Below are positions 57,801 to 64,000 of a stretch of DNA of 64,000 bases, in pieces; position 1 is the first letter of the stretch, and each line of letters starts with the position of its first letter. Source of the DNA: Macrostomum lignano. Taxonomy: Eukaryota. The notes below the pieces were generated by a model that did not search any database, had not been told where the DNA came from, and saw only the letters and a program-made list of their open reading frames with translations. The DNA lies in assembly GCA_002269645.1 (NCBI GenBank), contig NIVC01002435.1:1-64000 (forward strand). Reading direction: 5' to 3'. A program made the translations under genes and the position numbers.

Positions 57801-59072
57801 AGGTAAATCCTGACTGATTCTTTAGCTCGTACTACGAGTAAAAACATTTTGTTTTCAAATGGAATAAAGCTGCAAAACATTTTTATCGATTCGCGATCCA
57901 TCAAGGACTGGGACCGCTGCCGGGCCGCCATGCGGAGGTGCAAGCGGGAGCAAAAGATGTCAAATCTGGACAAGATAAACCCGAGCATCGCCGCAAGGAC
58001 GCAGGAGATCCTGAGAAATGTGGACGATAACTATATCAGTCACGGAACGACCAAGTATCTTCGCACGTGGGTGAGTGATTGGCACAGTTGAATGACTACC
58101 AGATTGTTGCTACTGTCTTATTGCTATGCCGTCTGGCGTAAACAGTGCTTTAGACAAAGCCCCAATATTCTTTGCTGACTGTTTTATGATTTTATGATTA
58201 AGTCTTAAGGCAGTTGTCTCAATATAGGTTACAGAGTCTCTAGATATTTATGTGTAACAAAAAACCAAAGCCACTGTAACGGGACACCAGAGCTACTGTA
58301 ACAGGGCACCAGAGCTACTGTAACGGATAGCCAAAGCTACTATAACGAGTAGCCAAAGCTACTGTAACGGGTAGCCAAAGCTACTATAACGGGTAGCCAA
58401 ATCTACTATAACAGGTAGCCAAATCTACTATAACGGGTAGCCAAATCTACTATAACGGGTAGCCAAATCTACTATAACGGGTAGCCAAATCTACTATAAC
58501 GGGTAGCCAAATCTACTATAACGGGTAGCCAAATCTACTATAACGGGTAGCCAAATCTACTATAACGGGTAGCCAAATCTACTATAACGGGTAGCCAAAT
58601 CTACTATAACGGGTAGCCAAATCTACTATAACGGGTAGCCAAAGCTACTGTAACGGGTAGCCAAAGCTACTGTAACGGGTAGCCAAAGCTACTGTAACGG
58701 GTAGCCAAAGCTACTGTAACGGGTAGCCAAAGCTACTGTAACGGGTAGCCAAAGCTACTGTAACGGGTAGCCAAAGCTACTGTAACGGGTAGCCAAAGCT
58801 ACTGTAACGGGTAGCCAAAGCTACTATAACGGGTAGCCGGGGCGCCATAAATTGGCCAGTCGATTGTGGGAAGTCGCCGGCTCTTGCCCCCACCCCTGGT
58901 TACCCCTCAAAGAAGCGCGACAACCCCAACTGACCCGAACACGCATCCGCAGGCGGATGAGACGTCCTCGTCTGCGCTGAAGAAGAGCAGCAAAGCGGAA
59001 CCCGCCAATAAGGCCAAACAGCGATCAATATTGCGCGTTTCTAACGACCTGTTCGAAGCCTGGAAGAAGTAG
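54803..59072 (+). CDS. Hillarin/kyphoscoliosis-peptidase (KY)-like protein with a transglutaminase-like fold, copy 1; exons 54803-55308, 55572-57552, 57656-~57803, ~57907-58070, 58953-59072
   Basis: PPRRRKEEIF...NLDKVRAAFVF; AGVPIKCITGHKKG; WFACYVEGEWRFVDPHWG; FYFLPDPDQLILSHCP...WQLL..PLS..QF; repeated Ig-like beta domains; C-terminal helical region TVQAALLLLG..E.E.DWDRCR...YLRTW. Confidence 0.8.
58270..58840. repeat. 22-bp minisatellite, ~26 units, in the last intron of hillarin-like copy 1
   Basis: Unit ctact(a/g)taacgggtagccaaa(t/g). Confidence 0.97.
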
Positions 59073-59599
59073 CGCAGAGTAAATGTGAGCAGCTGAGGCC
59101 CGGGCGTAATGAAAATATTTTTCCTTCAAAATTTCCAACTTTAAATTCAAAATGTTTGTTTTAGATGAATAATGGCTGTTCACCAGACTTTGTTCTTTGT
59201 TATTTGAATTTTAACTTTTCCAACCAAAATCAATTATGACTCAATGAAAAGAACATGGGTGCCTGATAAATGCGGTAGTTTAAGATATTCTGATTGCATT
59301 AAATGTCTCAGTACGACAGTGCTTGCGGAACCAGGTAAGCAGGTGCATGAAAACTTGCATAACTTGGAAAAGTAGCAGTTGGTGTTGTTCTATTAATGCA
59401 CTCAGAACTTCTGCTGGACTGAAGACTAGCAGATATAAATCTCAATATTTGTTGGTATTATTAATTTTTAACTAATTTATGAGTATATGTATTCGAAAGT
59501 TCCCGAATAACCGTACGTTTGATTGCATGTCGGCATCGGCACTCTTCCACCGTGCGCGTCATTTTCTGTCACTCCTAATTTTTCTCTTCGAGTTTCTGT

Positions 59600-62500
59600 T
59601 TGGATTGTTGTGTTGTCCGAATGCAGCATAGTTGTACTTGTAATTGCAAAAGATTTCTATTTTGTCTCAGAATTATAAATGAACGTTAATAAAGAATTTT
59701 AAACCGGTCGATTTTCAACCGCAATAAAATCCACGAGGACAGGTCTCTGAACATGTGGACAGCAATTCTTGTCGAAGTTGTATTGTCCATAATTTTTCCG
59801 GAGATCTTAACGCTCATCAGAAAACATTTTAAATAACGCATGGTTGACTTGCTAATTCAGGGGTCTCCGTTGCACCCACCGATGCCGTCTGTAAGCAACT
59901 GTTTTAGTCAGTTCATGTCCCGATCTTCAATTTGCGGCTTGGCATTGTGAAGGCCGCTATTGTCTGAGACCTCTCGCAGAGTAGGAGTCGCTGCCACCAG
60001 TAACCCCCCACCCCCAGTTTGAAACTGAGGCGCTTTGTCTCTCTGGCTGAGTACTCATAAATAAAATAAATAAAATCTGAACTCTTTCCTAGCATTATGA
60101 CTGAAGAATTCGTAGCCGTATGCGGCAGGGGCCCTTGGCGTGGGGAGACGGGCAGGAATGACAATTATGTCTTAGTTAAGCTGCCGAATTGCGGCAGACA
60201 ATGGCTTGCTTGTTTCAGGCTTAAAAAATAAGCTCGATAAGTAGAGAGAATAGCTAAGCATGAAGTAGAATGCATATGCCACTCTGCTCCGAGACCCTTG
60301 ATGTGGGCCTCTCCTCCGGGTGCGAATGCTCTAAAATTGATCTAAAAGCACCGAACAGCAGATCCAGCGCTAGATAGAAATATTAAACAAACCAGCAGTT
60401 AAAGCTGCTGCTATTAACTTTAAAATCCGGGATAGAGCATTGCGGATACTGCATCAATAGAAAGTTTTGCCATCTCTATAAATATTTAAGGTAATTTTTT
60501 CTAGCACAGCTGGCTTCATAGATAGATACCGAGCTCACTAGTGACATAGGCAACCATGGCGACCAAAGAAATGTTCGAAGAGCTGGAATACTACAAAAAC
60601 TACCAGCTGGATGAAGGCGAGATCGACCTGCGCTCCTACCTGCTCGACGTGGAGCACCTGGAGGAGAAGATCCGGTCGGGAGAGTACCCCACCCCTGCCG
60701 TGCTCTCCACCCGGCAGCGAGAGAAAGGACAGCCGCCCAGAGACCCGAGCGCTACGAACGAGCCGCCGTTCCCGCCGCGCCGCCGCAAGGAGGAGATTTT
60801 CGATGCCGCCGCGTACACAGAGAAGGACGCGTACGTCAGGTCGCTGCTGCCGGAGCCTGCAGAGACGGAGGAGAGCTTTGCGGCGCGGCTGTTCGAGCAG
60901 TGCAGCTCGAATCTGGACAAGGTCCGGGCTGCCTTCGTCTTCGTGAGCTCCGCCAAGGTGGACCAGCTGACAGAGGCGGAGAGCGCTTCGGAGCTGTACA
61001 GGCTGGCTCAGAAGCTGCGTACAGTTAACTCTTTCGTCGATTTGTTTGAGAAACTCCTGAAGTAAGTGGCTTTTAAATGCTTTTATTATCCCAAACGATA
61101 AACCATAGGCGTATATACATGTTTTATAAGACATTTTTGTATCATCTGCACTAATGTGTCTTCATGAAGCTGTAAAGGGAGCGGTGTGGTGTGCTGAACC
61201 ACGGGGCGCCATTGGAGTTTTAAGACGTCAGCATTGGTGGCGCCAAAGTATCTGGATAGTTGCTGGGGTACTGCTATAAAGCCAAGTCAGCGGTAAGCGG
61301 GAATGGCCATTATTTTCGCGGCCTGATTCGGCTGGCTACGTCTGTGTTGAGCAGGGTCAAACAAGTCAATTATGCCAGCTCTACAGTGATTGACCAGATG
61401 TGTCTGACTGCGGTGGATGGATGGTGGATTTTGCCCATTTGTTTAATGAAGCTTAGAGGTTTAATGCCTCAAGAGATCTGTAACCAATGGTCAAGTGTTC
61501 CGTTAGTCTCCGAATTTACGAGCTACAACAGCAAAACTACCATCTGAGTTAGTGTTATGGTAAGCCTTCGAGGGACGCATTGCTTCCTCAAGCAGTTCGT
61601 TAAGTCCTTGTGTGTACTGACGAAAATCTCATCTGACGATAAGGCGTTAGGAAAATTCCCTTTTAAAGTGTAGTGGTAAAATAGCAGATTTTATTTATAA
61701 ATTTTTTGTCTTACGTGCACTTTCTATAGTTCACGAATGTTTCTGTGGATTTCAATTACAGCTGTTTCGAAAGTGCTGCAATCAAAAATTACACTATGTA
61801 TTCTCTTCCTCTCGCAATGCAGGCTTGGACAGGTCCCATATAAACGCATCGAAGGTTACAAAAAGGTGGACAGAGTCGGCTATGAGCCCATAAATAGAGA
61901 CTTTTGGTTTGCCTGCTATGTTGAAGGTGAGTGGCGGTTCGTGGACCCCAGGCGAGGCTCCGTCGGTATTTTCGGATTCAGCCGCGGAGACTTCCAGGAA
62001 ATTAGCAACGATGGAAGTGTGAAGGACGCCGAAAAGTCCGAGGGCAAAACTGTTTATGATACCAGAGAGTTTTTCTTCTTGACTGATCCCGACAAGCTCA
62101 TTCAAACTCATTGCCCGCGTGAGGCTTTTCACATCGACTGGCAGCTCCTGGTGCGCCCGCTCAGCGTCACTGAGTTCAAAAGGATGCCCAGGTTTTTCAT
62201 CGGGTCTACGGAATCCATCTGCGAATTCATAAATAAACTGAAGCCACTCAGTCACCCGTGGGAGGTCATTGCGGCTGCTCCTGGTACTACAAAAATTGAC
62301 TTTCTCAAAGAAGACGACAATATTCTGATCTCATCAAGTGTCGCAATTCACAAAAAGGACGTTAATGAAAAAAGCAAAACTGCTATTAAGAAAGAATTCG
62401 AAAGAAAGGGGAATGAGTGCTTATCAAAGCAGATAAATAAAAAGAATGGTCGAACTAGAATAAGATTCAAGCCTCCCTGTGCAGGAAAGTTTAAGTTTAA

Positions 62501-63800
62501 CGTTCATCTGCAGCGGAGCGGCTCCAGCCCTAGACCGTTGCTATATGTCTCGTACGTCATCCACTGTCCAAAGGCTGCCAAAAAGAATCAACGGTTGCCT
62601 CAAGGCAAAAGCGAGCTTCCATACTTTGGCCCAGGCGAAGAGATGGAAAATGCCGGGCTCAACACAAGCGAGGAGGGAGAGATCTACGCAAGCAATGGAG
62701 AGCACCTGCTTACGATTACGCGCGTCGATCAGAGACGCCAAGTTCCCAGGTGTGAGCTGATGAGTGCAACAAACGAGCAGCTGCCGACAAGAAACGTGCT
62801 GGTCTGGACTGTCGATTCGAACATTTTCATCCTGTTCCTTTCGCCCGACTCAGGCTCGTACGCCCTGGTGATGTATAACGGAGCAGTACCGGTGTGCCAG
62901 TTCCTGGTTGACGCTCCCTCTGAGTTCAGAGACGCTTCCGAGTTCCCGCCGCCCAATTTCAATGAGCTTGGCGGGCTGGGCTTCTTCAACAGCGATCTGA
63001 GCCACGCTGTTCAGCCAGAGAGTCACAGCGATCCCCATATTCTATGCGAAGAGTCGACGCTGAATCTGTCGTTCAGGATCAGCGAAATCCAAGCTGAGAT
63101 CCAAGCGGAGCTGCTGCACATCGTCTCGGGTGGTCGGGGCGAGGTCTCGCAAGGCTACGCGCTTGTCAGCTCCCCATCCAGAGAGCAGTCGAACGTGAGC
63201 ATGAGATTTCCCATCGCTGGTCACTATGTTGTGAGAGTGAACGGAAGACGCAACAGGTCGGAGTCTTGGCGGCCCTTCAGCAACTACTTCATCCGGGCTG
63301 TGGGCGAGCTCAACGGTGAAGCAGAGCAGTTTCCTCAGGCGATGGAAGCCTGGAGCAGCAGAGATCAGGTGTTACTGCCAAGACAGAGCGTTCTTCCTGT
63401 AGAAGAAACGGTCCACTTTGCTCTCCGAATGAGCAACCCCAACGTGAACTCGGTATCGCTTATTGTCAATGAATCAAAGGATACTCGAATCGAGCTGAAA
63501 AAGCATGAAAATGGCATGTGGAAAGGTTCAGTAAAGGCGCTTCAAAGTGCGTCCGGACAATCAGCTCGAGTCGTCAGCAGCGAGTCTTCAGGAAGCTCCA
63601 ATGTGTGTGGAAATTTGTTAAACTACCGGTTCGAGTCCGCGGAGGACACAAAAATTCGAAATTCTAACAGAAAATCAGCTTCGGAGCTGAACAAGCGACG
63701 AAAAATCAGCGAACGGCGGCGAAAGCGGAAGCAAGAAAACTTTGAGTTGGATGAGATGGCCATGGATCTGCTGCCTGAAGATCCGGGAGAGGAAACTGGG
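59600..63800 (+). repeat. Tandem segmental duplication of ~53850-57550, including the upstream region (offset ~5.75 kb at exon 1)
   Basis: Shared upstream blocks such as gattttcaaccgcaa, ggggcccttggcgtggggaga and ccgagacccttgatgtgggcctctcctccgggtgcgaatgctcta, plus duplicated exons 1 and 2. Confidence 0.95.
60556..63800 (+). CDS. Hillarin/KY-like protein, copy 2; exons 60556-61061 and 61823-63800; continues beyond the window
   Basis: Same intron positions and phases as copy 1. WFACYVEGEWRFVDPRRG; FFFLTDPDKLIQTHCP. Confidence 0.8.
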
Positions 63801-64000
63801 GTCAGTTAGTATTTAATTTTTTAATGGTTATTCGTTGACAACAGTCCAATAGTCTTGGCACTGCTGCATTTAGTCTGTTGTGTATGCCGCATAAGCGAGT
63901 AGTAGAGACAGTGCAATTTAAAACTTTGAAGACTCTGCTGCATCCAAATATTCAGTCTTACCGCCATCTGCTTACGTCTTCCAATCATTGACTGTACAGT

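Overview
This is eukaryotic (animal) genomic DNA with spliceosomal introns, GC-rich exons and minisatellite-filled introns. That style suggests a free-living flatworm such as Macrostomum (inference, not proven). Genes in order: the 3' end of an EF-hand protein; a Vav-like RhoGEF with several -1 frameshifts; a secreted PAN/apple + ConA/LamG-like gene and a broken paralog; two tandem divergent GABA-B-like class C GPCRs; INTS9; SNX4 with one in-frame TAG; an intronless PAN+LamG-like gene with one in-frame TAG; and two tandem hillarin/KY-like pseudo-transglutaminase genes. Mobile DNA includes a deleted Ty3/Gypsy element interrupted by a 1.3-kb foldback, two CORE-type tRNA SINEs, two adjacent mariner elements and a 35-bp hAT-like mini-element. 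The most unusual signals are (1) a ~6-kb transposon island (27.5-33.4 kb) with near-total CpG loss, CGA>TGA and CAG>TAG stops, and one-sided decay of one arm of an inverted repeat, which looks methylation- or RIP-like, and (2) a 44-bp minisatellite shared by introns of two unrelated genes, in the sense orientation in both. All alignments and counts were done by eye, and exon boundaries are manual predictions.
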